Shown here in pieces: positions 1 through 10,362 of a stretch of 64,000 bases of DNA; positions within the stretch are counted from its first letter, which is position 1; every line of letters starts with the position of its first letter. The stretch covers positions 32,001 through 96,000 of the forward strand of contig CAVYHE010000003.1 in the NCBI GenBank assembly GCA_963768305.1, read 5' to 3'. The notes beneath the pieces were generated by a model. That model was not told where the DNA came from. It ran no database searches and saw only the letters and a program-made list of their open reading frames with translations. Made by a program: the position numbers and the translations under genes. This stretch comes from an uncultured bacterium. Lineage in GTDB: Bacteria > Margulisbacteria > WOR-1 > CAVSGV01.

Positions 1-7
1 ATTTTTT

Positions 8-835
8 ATGAATCAGCCTCCGCAGGCCAAACCCGCTCCCGCGCCTGTCGCGGCTCCAGCTCCTGTTACGCTCACCATAGTTCAGCGCGCGGAAGAACTC
101 GCGAAGAAAGTAAAGTTCAGTCCCGCGGCCAATCTTGCGACCATTGCTCCAGAACAGTATTTCAGCGGGACCGCGGAATCCGGCGTCATAGATATTTCGC
201 TGGCGGGGAAGAATCTGGCCTTAAATATCGGTACTTTTGAAGGTTCCGTTCCGCTCAAAATAGGCGAAAATGAGATCACTTTAAAGGTAAGAGATGCCGT
301 CAGCACAGAAGCCATATTAATACGCAGGGTGATAAGGTTCTATGCTCCCAGCGATATCCCGAAGGATGAAGCCCTCAAAAAGCCGTTCGAATACCTGGCC
401 GTTTGCACGAAGGTCCACAATTATTACGGGAAAGATTACGCCATGAAAAATCCTGTCACAAGGGAAATAGCGGCGATCATCCTGGCAAAAGCAAAAAAGC
501 TTGACACAAGCAAGCCCTTAGCGAAAGTTTTTAAAGATGTTACAAAATACCGCTGGTCTGCCGGGTTCATTGGCGCGGTGGATTCTGCCGGGTTCATGGA
601 GGGATATTCTGACGGCACTTTCAAACCAAGCCAGACTGTGACATTGAACGAGCTGACACAGGTCATGAAAAAAGCCTCGCCGGACATGGACAAGGTCTGG
701 CTTGACCAATATCTTTCATCCAGGCCGAAAGATAACGCTACGATGGGCGATCTCATAGAAATGATCTATCAATCCGGGATGCTCGGCAGTGAGATCGATG
801 GATTCAAGAAATATATCGGGCCCGTGACCCATTAA
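8..835 (+). CDS. S-layer homology (SLH) domain protein, possibly 5'-truncated by the window edge
   Basis: SLH-like motifs (PVTREIAA, FKDVTKYRWS, GFMEGYSDGTFKPSQTVT); Pro/Ala linker and beta-rich segment; frame open to the window start. Confidence 0.8.
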   Translation: MNQPPQAKPAPAPVAAPAPVTLTIVQRAEELAKKVKFSPAANLATIAPEQYFSGTAESGVIDISLAGKNLALNIGTFEGSVPLKIGENEITLKVRDAVSTEAILIRRVIRFYAPSDIPKDEALKKPFEYLAVCTKVHNYYGKDYAMKNPVTREIAAIILAKAKKLDTSKPLAKVFKDVTKYRWSAGFIGAVDSAGFMEGYSDGTFKPSQTVTLNELTQVMKKASPDMDKVWLDQYLSSRPKDNATMGDLIEMIYQSGMLGSEIDGFKKYIGPVTH

Positions 836-855
836 TATTTCGGGAGGTGTCTTAT

Positions 856-1161
856 ATGGTGAACTGGAATGACGTGAAAGGGAAGCTTTCTGATATTGGC
901 GGGCAGGCGAAAAAAACTTTTTCGGCGGCGGCGGACAAGACGCAAAAGGGCGCGCGAGTTGCGTCGTTAAAAGTTAAGATGGTCATGGAAGAGAACAAGA
1001 TAAACAAGGCGATGGGCGAGCTGGGGAAAAAGGTCTTCGAACTTTTGGAAAAAGACGAGACAAATATCGCGAATAATTCCGGCGTGAAAGAGATATCCGG
1101 GGTCATAAAAGCTTCCAAGAGGTCCATCGAGAGCATCAAAGAAGAGATAAAGACTATTTAA
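856..1161 (+). CDS. small Lys-rich helical hypothetical protein
   Basis: GGAGGTG at ~843-849 precedes ATG 856; amphipathic helical composition. Confidence 0.7.
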   Translation: MVNWNDVKGKLSDIGGQAKKTFSAAADKTQKGARVASLKVKMVMEENKINKAMGELGKKVFELLEKDETNIANNSGVKEISGVIKASKRSIESIKEEIKTI

Positions 1162-1471
1162 GCTCTATCACTTCCGGAGTGGCGCCTGAAAGGAACGGTT
1201 CCCAGGGATCAACGCGGCACCAGCCTTCGAATTCATATTTACCCAGGAACACGAGATCGTAATTAACTTTAAATCTGAACCATTTCTTGTCCTTGGAGAT
1301 GCCCGTGAATGCCACATCTATCGGGAAATTGAAAGCGGACTCGGATTCAAGAGAAGGTTGTTTTAAAAGTCCGGTAACTTTTATGTTCTCGGGATAATAT
1401 TCGAACTTTGCGGCTATGCATGCCGGAGCGGCGCTCATGAATATCAGCAGGGCTAATACGAGCTTTTTCAT
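1154..1471 (-). CDS. hypothetical secreted protein
   Basis: Signal peptide MKKLVLALLIFMSAAPACIA; TGcTATAAT just upstream. Confidence 0.7.
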   Translation of the reverse strand: MKKLVLALLIFMSAAPACIAAKFEYYPENIKVTGLLKQPSLESESAFNFPIDVAFTGISKDKKWFRFKVNYDLVFLGKYEFEGWCRVDPWEPFLSGATPEVIELK

Positions 1472-1489
1472 CAGGGATAATTATAGCAT

Positions 1490-2161
1490 ATGACGATCGC
1501 AGAAAATATCAGATCGGTAAGATCAAAGATCGAACTGGCCGCGAAGCGCGCGGGGCGGGACCCGTCCAGGATAAAGCTTATCGCGGTCACGAAGAATGTC
1601 CCGGCTGACAAGGTGATCGAAGCTGTAAAAGCCGGCATCACGGACATAGGCGAGAACAGGATACAGGAAGCGGAAAAGAAATTCGCGGCTATCAAGGATA
1701 TTCCGGCTACCCGCCACATGATAGGGCATCTTCAGACGAACAAAGTTAAAAAAGCGCTCGAAATGTTCTCGGTGATCCAGTCCGTTGACAGCCAGAGATT
1801 AGCCCGGGAAATATCGAACAGAACGGAAAAGGATATCGACATTTTTATCGAGGTCAATACATCAGGGGAAGAAAGTAAATTCGGCGTCAGCCCTGATAAA
1901 GCCGAAGAGCTTGCCGGATATATTGCGGGGCTGAAACACTTAAAATTAAAGGGCTTGATGACTATCGGCCCCCTCACCGGCGATGCTGACGCTGTCAGGA
2001 ACAGTTTCCGGACGCTAAAGCGGCTTTTTGATCGCATAAAAGGGTTGAATTTGACAGGCGTTGAGCTAGAATATCTGTCAATGGGAATGTCCCAGGACTT
2101 TGAGACAGCCATCGAAGAAGGTTCAAATCTGGTCAGGATCGGCCGGGCTATTTTCCAATAA
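1490..2161 (+). CDS. yggS: PLP homeostasis protein, YggS family
   Basis: LIAVTK, GENRIQE, HMIGHLQTNK, LSMGMS, VRIGRAIF motifs. Confidence 0.95.
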   Translation: MTIAENIRSVRSKIELAAKRAGRDPSRIKLIAVTKNVPADKVIEAVKAGITDIGENRIQEAEKKFAAIKDIPATRHMIGHLQTNKVKKALEMFSVIQSVDSQRLAREISNRTEKDIDIFIEVNTSGEESKFGVSPDKAEELAGYIAGLKHLKLKGLMTIGPLTGDADAVRNSFRTLKRLFDRIKGLNLTGVELEYLSMGMSQDFETAIEEGSNLVRIGRAIFQ

Positions 2162-2178
2162 CAGAAGGAGTGATATGA

Positions 2179-2619
2179 ATGGTTGACGGTTTGTTCAAAA
2201 GAGCAAAAGCTTTCATAGGCTTGGAGGAAGTGGACGGCACTATTGAAGAGGTCACAAGGGAGGAAATGAACGTGGAAACAGTACTGCGCCCGAAAAAAGG
2301 CAAAAATTCCAATTCAGCGGAATATGAGATAGTGATCCATGAGCCAAAAGTTTATGAGGATTCCCTTAACATCTCCGGCCAGCTCAGGGCCGGCAGCCCG
2401 GTAGTGATAAACCTGAAGCATCTGGACCCCACCGAAGGGACCCGTCTTATAGATTTTGTCTGCGGGACGGCGTACGCGATAGACGGGCACATGATAAAGA
2501 TAGGGGAATCCATTTTCCTGTTCACGCCAAGCAACATAGTTATCTCCGACCTTGAAGAAAGAGGGAGCATAGAAGAAAGCGTCATTGCCGAAGAAAGATC
2601 GCTTTTTGGCAGAAGATAG
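2179..2619 (+). CDS. sepF: cell division protein SepF
   Basis: PVVINL, RLIDFVCGTAYAIDG, FLFTP; follows yggS. Confidence 0.92.
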   Translation: MVDGLFKRAKAFIGLEEVDGTIEEVTREEMNVETVLRPKKGKNSNSAEYEIVIHEPKVYEDSLNISGQLRAGSPVVINLKHLDPTEGTRLIDFVCGTAYAIDGHMIKIGESIFLFTPSNIVISDLEERGSIEESVIAEERSLFGRR

Positions 2620-2626
2620 GGGTACC

Positions 2627-3443
2627 ATGAAGCTCGGGTTCATAGGAGCAGGCCGGATGGCCGAGGCTATCCTTAGAGGGCTTATCTCATCAAAAGAAAT
2701 TGCCCGCAATGAAGTCATGATTTCCGACAAAGATCCGGTCCGATTGAAGCAGATCGCCAAAAAATTCGGAGTGAAAGCCGCTCAAGATAATGCGGAAGCG
2801 GCGTCATCAAGTGATGTTCTCATTCTCGCGGTGAAACCGCAGACAATGCATGCGGCGCTTTCCGATATATGTTCAAAAATAAGACCGGATTGCCTTGTGA
2901 TATCCATCGCTGCCGGCATCACGCTTAAAAGCCTTGAAAAATATTTGCCGAAGTCCCCGGTCGTAAGGGTCATGCCGAACAATCCGTGCTTGATAGGCGA
3001 GGGGATATCGGCTATATGCGGAGGAAAGCGCGCCGGAGAAAAAGACCTGGAGTACAGCTGAAAAAATATTTTCTTCCGTCGGCGAAACGGTGAGAGTGGA
3101 TGAAAAGAACATGAATGCGGTGACCGCGCTTTCCGGAAGCGGGCCGGCGTTCGTTTATGAAACAGTGGACGCGCTTATCAACGGGGGCATGGATGCGGGA
3201 TTGAGCAAGGATATGGCCGCTAAACTTGCCCAAAAAACCGTCCTCGGCTCCATAAAAACCGTGATCGAGACCAGGAGAACGCCCGAAGAATTACAGGCAA
3301 TGGTCGCTTCTCCGGGAGGCACGACGGTTGCGGGCTTGAGAGTTCTGGATGAAGGAAAGTTCAAAGGTACGCTTATAAAAGCCGTGCTCAAGGCAAGTGC
3401 AAGGGCAAAAGAAATAAGCGAAGATTTCGAGAGGTCATTATGA
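2627..3443 (+). CDS. proC: pyrroline-5-carboxylate reductase (frameshift near 3055)
   Basis: GFIGAGRMA, LAVKP, RVMPN, TALSGSGPA, SPGGTT split over two ORFs. Confidence 0.92.
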
Positions 3444-3754
3444 GGAACATCTTTTTTATTTTGATCAATCTTGTTTTTGATATCGCTTATATCCTGATAG
3501 TTATCAGGGCTTTTCTGACATATCTGCCGCACAACAGGCAGCATTCGTTCATAAAGCCGATATACCAAGTGACAGAGCCGACATTATCCGTTATCAGAAA
3601 AGGGCTGCCGCCGGCGTGGATAGGCCTGGATGCTTCGCCTTTTATAGCGATCATTCTTCTATACCTGGTCCAGCAGGTATTGCTTAAATTATTAGTCGAT
3701 GATATAGAACAGGATGAGAGACGAGAGATCGGGACGGGAACCTCTTTAATATAA
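3440..3754 (+). CDS. yggT: YggT/YlmG family membrane protein
   Basis: VTEP..IRK..P...LDASP motif; conserved position after proC. Confidence 0.88.
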   Translation: MRNIFFILINLVFDIAYILIVIRAFLTYLPHNRQHSFIKPIYQVTEPTLSVIRKGLPPAWIGLDASPFIAIILLYLVQQVLLKLLVDDIEQDERREIGTGTSLI

Positions 3755-3787
3755 CACCTAATCAGCCCCAAAGAGGAGTAATTCGAT

Positions 3788-4903
3788 ATGGCTAATGTTC
3801 AAATAAAGATACCTGAGTCCGTGGTGCAGAAATATCTTTCTGAAAAAGAAGGCGCGCCGGTCAAGATCCTGGAATATGAAAAGTTAGGGTCAGGATGGCA
3901 CGGGGTGGGATACAAAGTTAAATTCAAAATCCAAAGCTCAAAATCCAAAGGAAATCCAAATAATTTAATCAAAGAAGTGGTTTTAAGGACTCTCATGCCG
4001 GTGAATTTTGGGCATGACTGGTTATCAGATAGAGCCGGATCGTTCGTTCTCCAGCACCAGCTGGCGCAGGAGATACCGAACCACATTGGATCGTTCGATG
4101 TTTCGGGATATTCAAAGGGTGGTAAATTAGTTTCGCTCGGCGATATAAAGGAATTCTTCCATGTTGTAAAGGTTGCTAAAGGCGTTCCGTATTCCGATGA
4201 TCTTGACAGGATAAAGGGGACCGGAGAATTGAAGGACGGCGACCTGGAAAAAGCGCAGATCCTTTCGGATTACCTTGTCAGATTGCACGGCAAGAAGTTC
4301 AAGGGCTCCCGCGAAGAGCTTCGTTCTATAAGAAGACGTCATAACAGGGATGCCGTGGGCCACGGGGAAATGATGATGGGCGTCATAGACACATATCCCG
4401 ACAAATTCGATTTTGCCACAGGTGAGGAGCTGGCTGACCTTATATGCAGGACAGTGAAATTCAGGGAGAAGATCAAGGATATTCCGGTAGTTCCATGCAG
4501 GATGCACGGGGATTTTCATCCCGGGAACATCATGTTTGACGGGCGGAAGATGACGGTTCTGGATGCGTCACGGGAGATGTTCGGCGATCCCGCCGATGAC
4601 ATGACATCCATGGCGATCAATTACATATGGTTCGCCGTCATGCAGACGGGGAAATTCGACGGGCCTTTCGCAAAGCTGTTCGATGTTTTCTGGAAAAACT
4701 ACTTCAAGAAGACGGGTGACAGATTGATAGCAAAGACCGCGGGTGTTTTCTTCGCTTTCAGAGGCGTGGTCGTGGCGCATCCGTTCTTTTATTCCCGGCA
4801 AACTGACAGCGTGAGAAGGAAAATGATGCGTTTCGTTGAGAATGTCCTGGATGATAAAGTTTTTGATCCTGAAAAGATAGATCAATATCTGGGAGTGAGT
4901 TAA
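3788..4903 (+). CDS. APH/choline-kinase-like phosphotransferase
   Basis: LGSGWHG loop, HGDFHPGNIM catalytic motif, LDASR and GDPADD motifs. Confidence 0.85.
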   Translation: MANVQIKIPESVVQKYLSEKEGAPVKILEYEKLGSGWHGVGYKVKFKIQSSKSKGNPNNLIKEVVLRTLMPVNFGHDWLSDRAGSFVLQHQLAQEIPNHIGSFDVSGYSKGGKLVSLGDIKEFFHVVKVAKGVPYSDDLDRIKGTGELKDGDLEKAQILSDYLVRLHGKKFKGSREELRSIRRRHNRDAVGHGEMMMGVIDTYPDKFDFATGEELADLICRTVKFREKIKDIPVVPCRMHGDFHPGNIMFDGRKMTVLDASREMFGDPADDMTSMAINYIWFAVMQTGKFDGPFAKLFDVFWKNYFKKTGDRLIAKTAGVFFAFRGVVVAHPFFYSRQTDSVRRKMMRFVENVLDDKVFDPEKIDQYLGVS

Positions 4904-5457
4904 TGCCTTTCGCGATCTGGATAACCGGCCTGCCGGGAAGCGGAAAAAGCACGATAGCCAAAAAGTTGATGAAGGACCTGAAGAATACGGATTATCTGCG
5001 CCTGGATGAGATCAGGAAAAAATATATCAAAGACCCGAAATTTACCGATGAGGAAAGGGAAAAGATTTATGCGAAATTCGTGGACGAAGGCGTTTCAAGC
5101 ATTATAAAAGGTAAAAATGTCCTTTTTGACGCTACGGGGCATAAACTGGCATGGCGGCAGGATGCCAGAAAAAAGATCGAGAATTTCATTGAGGTCCGCG
5201 TTGATTGCTCGCTTCAGGGATGCATAAACAGGGAAACGGCGAGGACCGGCGGATTGGTGACCGCGAATTTATACAACAAATCGCTTGAAAGAAAAAAGAC
5301 GGGGAAACTTTTCGAAGGCGTGGGGCAGGTGGTCGGCGTGGACGTGCCTTATGAGGAGAACAAGAACGCCGAGATAGTTATCGATTCTGAAAAGCTTGGG
5401 CCGAAGGAGGCGGCGGGTAAAATTTTAAGTGAATTAAAAAAGAGAGGGTGGGTTTAA
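4903..5457 (+). CDS. adenylyl-sulfate-kinase-like P-loop kinase
   Basis: WITGLPGSGKST Walker A; GVDVPYEE resembles the CysC C-terminal motif; start overlaps the upstream stop. Confidence 0.8.
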   Translation: MPFAIWITGLPGSGKSTIAKKLMKDLKNTDYLRLDEIRKKYIKDPKFTDEEREKIYAKFVDEGVSSIIKGKNVLFDATGHKLAWRQDARKKIENFIEVRVDCSLQGCINRETARTGGLVTANLYNKSLERKKTGKLFEGVGQVVGVDVPYEENKNAEIVIDSEKLGPKEAAGKILSELKKRGWV

Positions 5458-5460
5458 AAA

Positions 5461-6162
5461 ATGTTCAATTTTGATGATTTCAGTCTGGTGGGGAGAGACC
5501 TTTTTATCCTGGGGCTTGTGGATCCGGTGAGCGGCAGCCTGAGTATGAGGAGCGACGGGAAAATTTATATCACGAAAAGGAACGCCATGCTTGCGCATCT
5601 GCGGCAGGAGGATATTATCCAGGTCCCTCTTGACGGGCCAAGCGAGAGTGACGAGCAGGCGGCGTGGGAAGTGCTTGTCCACCGGGCGGTCTATAAGGAA
5701 ACGAATTTCAACGCGATAGTCCATGCGTATCCGCCGTACGGGATAGCTTTATCGATAACTACCGAGAACAAGATAATCCCCGTCGACGGAAAAGGGCAGT
5801 CCGCATTGCGATCTATCCCCGTCGTGCGCGCAAAACCTGTGATCCCGGGAAGGGAAAAAACAACATCGGATGATATCATCAAATATCTTCCTCCTGTTTT
5901 TAAATCGGGATATTCAGCTGCGGTCGTTAAAGAATATGCCGGTTTTTCAGCCGGAGCAGATCTCATAGAAGCGTTCAAGAATATTGTGGCCATGGAGAAT
6001 TCGTGCAAGATAATCGCGATCAGCAGATCTTTGTCCGGCGGCGGCTCATCCGAGAGGAACAAGCGGCCGGAGCATCCCGTGAGAAGGACGGCCATTCCGC
6101 CGAGCATAGGGGTAATGGGAAGTTCCAGAGGGGGCAGGCGCGGCACCTTCGGCGGAAGATAA
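5461..6162 (+). CDS. class II aldolase/adducin-fold protein with degenerate Zn ligands
   Basis: SGSLSMR, YITKR, WEVLVHRAVY, AIVHAYPP, MENSCKI; RG-rich tail. Confidence 0.8.
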   Translation: MFNFDDFSLVGRDLFILGLVDPVSGSLSMRSDGKIYITKRNAMLAHLRQEDIIQVPLDGPSESDEQAAWEVLVHRAVYKETNFNAIVHAYPPYGIALSITTENKIIPVDGKGQSALRSIPVVRAKPVIPGREKTTSDDIIKYLPPVFKSGYSAAVVKEYAGFSAGADLIEAFKNIVAMENSCKIIAISRSLSGGGSSERNKRPEHPVRRTAIPPSIGVMGSSRGGRRGTFGGR

Positions 6163-6177
6163 GATAAGGGGCATTGC

Positions 6178-8345
6178 GTGGTAGACACGGTAAATTTAAT
6201 ATCAAAGATCAGGAAATATAATCCTCAGGTAAATGTTTCCCTGATAGAAGATGCGTTCGAATACGCGAAAAAGCTCCATGAAGGCCAGACACGGCTTTCG
6301 GGCGAGCCGTATATAATCCATCCTCTCGCGGTCGCGGAAATATTAGCCGACCTCGAACAAGATCAGACCACCATTGCGGCAGCCCTTCTCCATGATGTGA
6401 TCGAGGACGGGAAGGTGACCAAAGAAGCTATCGAGAAAGAAATTCGGCAAAGATATCGCCTATCTTGTGGAAGGCGTGACAAAGCTTGGGCAAATAGTTT
6501 TTGAATCAAAAGAGGTCCGCCAGGCGGAAAATTTCAGGAAAATGCTCCTTGCGATGGGCGAGGATATCAGGGTAATTGTCATCAAATTGGCTGACCGCCT
6601 CCACAACATGCAGACACTTTCATATATTCCCGAAGAAAAGCAGATAGAGAATTCGATCGAAACAAGGGAAATATTCGCGCCGCTTGCGCACAGGATCGGG
6701 ATATGGAAGATCAAGTGGGAGCTGGAAGACCTTTCGTTCCGGTATCTTGAGCCGGAAAAATACGATGAGATAAGGGCGAAGGTGGGGAAGAGGCGTGCGG
6801 AGAGGGAAGAGCGCATAGCCGAGTTCATCGCGAAGGTGCAGGATATCGTTTCAAAGATGAACATAAAGGCGGAGATAAACGGCCGGCCGAAGCATTTTTA
6901 CAGCATTTACAGGAAGATGGTGGAGCAGAACCTTGAATTCGAGGACCTCTACGATCTTCTTGCCGTGAGGATAATCGTTGATTCGGTGAAGGACTGCTAC
7001 GCGGTCCTGGGGCTGATACACGCGGCGTGGCGTCCTATACCAGGGAGCTTCACGGATTACATAGCAATGCCGAAGCTGAACGGCTACCAGTCGCTTCATA
7101 CGACGGTGATCGGCGAGGGCGGATATCCGGTGGAAGTGCAGATAAGAACAAAGGAAATGCACCGTGTGGCGGAATACGGCGTCGCCGCGCATTGGAGATA
7201 CAAGGAAGGCGGCGGGCCGAATATCATGGACCAGAAAATGGCGTGGCTCCGCTCGATACTCGATTGGCAAAAAGACATGTCCAACGCGAAAGATTTCATG
7301 GAAAGTTTGAAGATAGATCTTTTTACTGACGAAGTTTTTGTTTTCACGCCGAAAGGCGCGGTCCATGCGCTTCCGATCTCATCCACCCCCGTGGATCTTG
7401 CGTACATGGTGCATACTGAGGTTGGCCATAGGTGTACAGGGGCAAGGGTTAACGGAAAGATAGTCCCATTGGATTACAAGCTTAAGAACGGCGATATAGT
7501 GGAGATCATAACCGGGAAAGTGGATAACCCGAGCATGGGGTGGCTTAATTTTGTAAAGACGTCGGCGGCGAGGACAAAGATCAAATCGCTGTTCAAGAAG
7601 CAGAAGCGCGAGGAAAATCTGGACAGGGGGCGGGCATCGCTGGATGAAGAGCTGCGAAAATTCGAACTTGAACCCTCTCAGGTATTAATATCGGAGATAA
7701 CCCCGTTACTTCTAAAGGAATTCAGCGTTCCAAATCTTGAAGAGCTTCTTATAGCAGATCGGCTATGGTGAGTTGTCGCCTTATGTGGTGGCGAAGAAGG
7801 CGCGGGGTTTATGGGAAAAGCATCACGGCGTTGCGCCTACGGAAGAGGAGATGATCCAGCCCACTCTTGCGCCTGCGCCGAAGAGGAAGGGAAAGAAGAA
7901 TATAGGGGTGCAGGTGGCGGGGGCGACGAATATACTCATCAAATTCTCAAAGTGCTGCAAGCCATTGCCGGGGGAGGAGATAGTTGGTTTTGTGACGAAA
8001 GGGAAGGGAGTGACGGTGCACAAAGCTGATTGTCCGAATGTGGTGCAGAGTGCTGAAACTAAGGGAAAATTCGTAAAAGTGGAGTGGATGCCGGGGCCGG
8101 AGCAGGTATTTCCGGTGGAGATAGAGATCGAAGCTTTCGACAGGGTAGGGGTTCTTCATGATATTCTTGAAAAGATAGCGGAGACGAAGACGAATGTCGG
8201 GGCGGCGAATATAAAGACGAAGCGGGGCAGCGTGGCGGTCCTGAAGATGATTGTGGATGTCCGCGACTCCTCACATCTGTCAAATGTGATTAAAATGATC
8301 AAATCCGTATCGGATGTATATAATGTGGGAAGAAAAACCAGTTAA
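6178..8345 (+). CDS. relA: bifunctional (p)ppGpp synthetase/hydrolase Rel (frameshifts near 6445 and 7760)
   Basis: HD domain (LHDVIED), KLADRLHN, YQSLHT, EVQIRT, TGS, CCKPLPG and ACT domains across three ORFs. Confidence 0.95.
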
Positions 8346-8416
8346 CCTTTAAATCCTCTAGCTCTTCTAGCTCTTCTTTCCTGATTTTGCTATAATACCC
8401 CCAATGGTGGTGAACA

Positions 8417-9130
8417 TTGGACAATATATCAAAACGACTCCTCTCGGGCGCCGCGAAGAGCGGAAGAGTGTCAAATGCGTACTTATTCGCAGGCGCTGAT
8501 ACCGGGGAACTGCTTGAAGAAGCAAAACTTTTTGCAAAAGAGCTGAACTGCTCTCCACACGACCTCCTTACCCTTTCGCATGACGGCAAAAGCATAAAAA
8601 TTGACGAGATCCGGCAAATAACCGATTTCGTCAGATTCGGCCCTATCGGAGAAGGATGGAAGGTCATCATTATCCATGGCGCTGACAAAATGACCGAGGA
8701 AGCATCGAACAGCTTCCTGAAAACCCTGGAAGAACCGCTGGAGCGCATCGTGTTCATCCTCACCACGGACAGGGAAAGCAAAATTCTTAAGACCATTTCT
8801 TCCCGCTGCCAGAAGGTCTTATGGTACGCGGAAAAACCGGTAAATGATCCTGCTATCGACGAACTTACCGACAGGATATTGAATATCAATAAGCTTAGCA
8901 TCCCTCAGGCAATGGCATTGTCAGATGAGTTAAGCATAGAGCCGGACCTTGCGGAAAAATTAAATTCCGTGCTCTATTCATATCAGAAAAAAACCGGGTC
9001 TTCGTCCGGAGAAAGACTTTTAATGTCCAAAGAGATATTCAAGGCATTAAGAGGATTGGAGAGGAACGCGAACAAGCGGCTTGCGCTGGATTCCATGTTC
9101 CTTTCACTTAAGGAGGCGGGCGGCAATTAA
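8417..9130 (+). CDS. holB: DNA polymerase III delta' subunit-like protein (compact; no Walker A or Zn module)
   Basis: SIKIDEIR, ADKMTEEASNSFLKTLEEP, TISSRC; followed by a PSP1 gene. Confidence 0.8.
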   Translation: MDNISKRLLSGAAKSGRVSNAYLFAGADTGELLEEAKLFAKELNCSPHDLLTLSHDGKSIKIDEIRQITDFVRFGPIGEGWKVIIIHGADKMTEEASNSFLKTLEEPLERIVFILTTDRESKILKTISSRCQKVLWYAEKPVNDPAIDELTDRILNINKLSIPQAMALSDELSIEPDLAEKLNSVLYSYQKKTGSSSGERLLMSKEIFKALRGLERNANKRLALDSMFLSLKEAGGN

Positions 9131-9821
9131 GAACCTGGCTATAAAATTACGGAAGTTCGGGCAGATATGCCCTATTACCGGCTATAAAGAAGAGAACATA
9201 AAGCTTGGCGCGCGGGTAATAGTTGAGACCGATCGCGGAATGGAAGCTGGCCAGATCGTTTCTTTTGAAAAAGGATTTCCGAAAGATATGCCGCGCGATG
9301 TAAGATTAAGAAAGGTCATAAGATACGCGGGTGCGGATGACCTGCGGCACATAGAATCACTTGATGAAAAAGAAAAGAACGCGATGAAAACAGGCATGCA
9401 GAAAGCAAAAGAGCATGAACTGCCGATCAAATTGATCAATGTCGAATATCTTTTTGACGACACGAAAGTGCATTTTTATTACAAGCTGGTGGGGCAGAAA
9501 AAAGGTCTGAACCTTAAGGATTTTACGAAAGACCTGGCAACAATGCTTGGCGCGAAGATAGACATGCACCTTGTAAGTCCCCGCGATGAAGCGAAGATAA
9601 TCGGCGGACTGGGCCCTTGCGGACGGAACCTTTGCTGCGCCGCATGGCTGGACAAGCCGAGGCATGTTTCAGTGAAAGCGCTCAGGGAAAAAGGAATGTC
9701 CGTCAATCCGTCCAAGACATCAGGCATTTGCGGGAGATTAATGTGCTGTTTGCAATATGAGACCGAAGAAAAGGAAGAGAAGAAAGAAGACCCGCCATTC
9801 GGCGGGCAGGTAAAGAAATGA
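9126..9821 (+). CDS. PSP1/RicT (YaaT) family protein; start codon uncertain
   Basis: VETDRG, RDEAK..GGLGPCGRNLCC, SGICGRLMCCL. Confidence 0.88.
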   Translation: MKNLAIKLRKFGQICPITGYKEENIKLGARVIVETDRGMEAGQIVSFEKGFPKDMPRDVRLRKVIRYAGADDLRHIESLDEKEKNAMKTGMQKAKEHELPIKLINVEYLFDDTKVHFYYKLVGQKKGLNLKDFTKDLATMLGAKIDMHLVSPRDEAKIIGGLGPCGRNLCCAAWLDKPRHVSVKALREKGMSVNPSKTSGICGRLMCCLQYETEEKEEKKEDPPFGGQVKK

Positions 9822-10147
9822 GCTGTATTTTCTGTGGAATCGCGAAGAAAGAGATAAAGAGCTCCGTAGTCCATGAAACGAAGGATGTTTTCGCGTTCGA
9901 TGACATAAACCCGCAGGCTCCGGTGCATGTGGTCGTGATACCGAAGGAGCATATACTGGGCATCACAAAGCTTGACGGCGTTTTGCCGGAGATATTCGAA
10001 GTGATCGCGAAAGTATCAGAGATCAAGGAGATCAAAAACAGCGGTTTCAGGGTGGTAATGAATAATGGTCCGGACTCGGGACAGGCCGTGCCGCATTTGC
10101 ATTTTCATGTCCTGGGAGGCAGAAAGCTAGATTGGCCTCCGGGATGA
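9818..10147 (+). CDS. histidine triad nucleotide-binding protein
   Basis: CIFC, DINPQAPVH, GQAVPHLHFH, DWPPG. Confidence 0.95.
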   Translation: MSCIFCGIAKKEIKSSVVHETKDVFAFDDINPQAPVHVVVIPKEHILGITKLDGVLPEIFEVIAKVSEIKEIKNSGFRVVMNNGPDSGQAVPHLHFHVLGGRKLDWPPG

Positions 10148-10167
10148 TCATGAGAGGAGGGTAAAAC

Positions 10168-10362
10168 ATGGCAGAAGTAAATTTAAAAAAGGAAGACTCG
10201 CTGGAAAAAGCGCTCCGCAAGTTCAAGATGAAACTCAGAAAAGAAGGCGTTTTTGACGAGATGAAGAAAAGGGAGCATTACGAGAAGCCGAGCGAACAAA
10301 GAAGGCATGACATGGAGAAGGCGAAAAGGAAAGAGAACAGGAGACGACAGGAAGATCTGTGA
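10168..10362 (+). CDS. rpsU: 30S ribosomal protein S21
   Basis: LEKALRKFK...KKREHYEKPS; GGAGG upstream. Confidence 0.93.
   Translation: MAEVNLKKEDSLEKALRKFKMKLRKEGVFDEMKKREHYEKPSEQRRHDMEKAKRKENRRRQEDL

Noticed and set aside
8356..8378. Short tandem repeat (ctagctctt x2) after relA
   Set aside because: About two units only; no supportable function.
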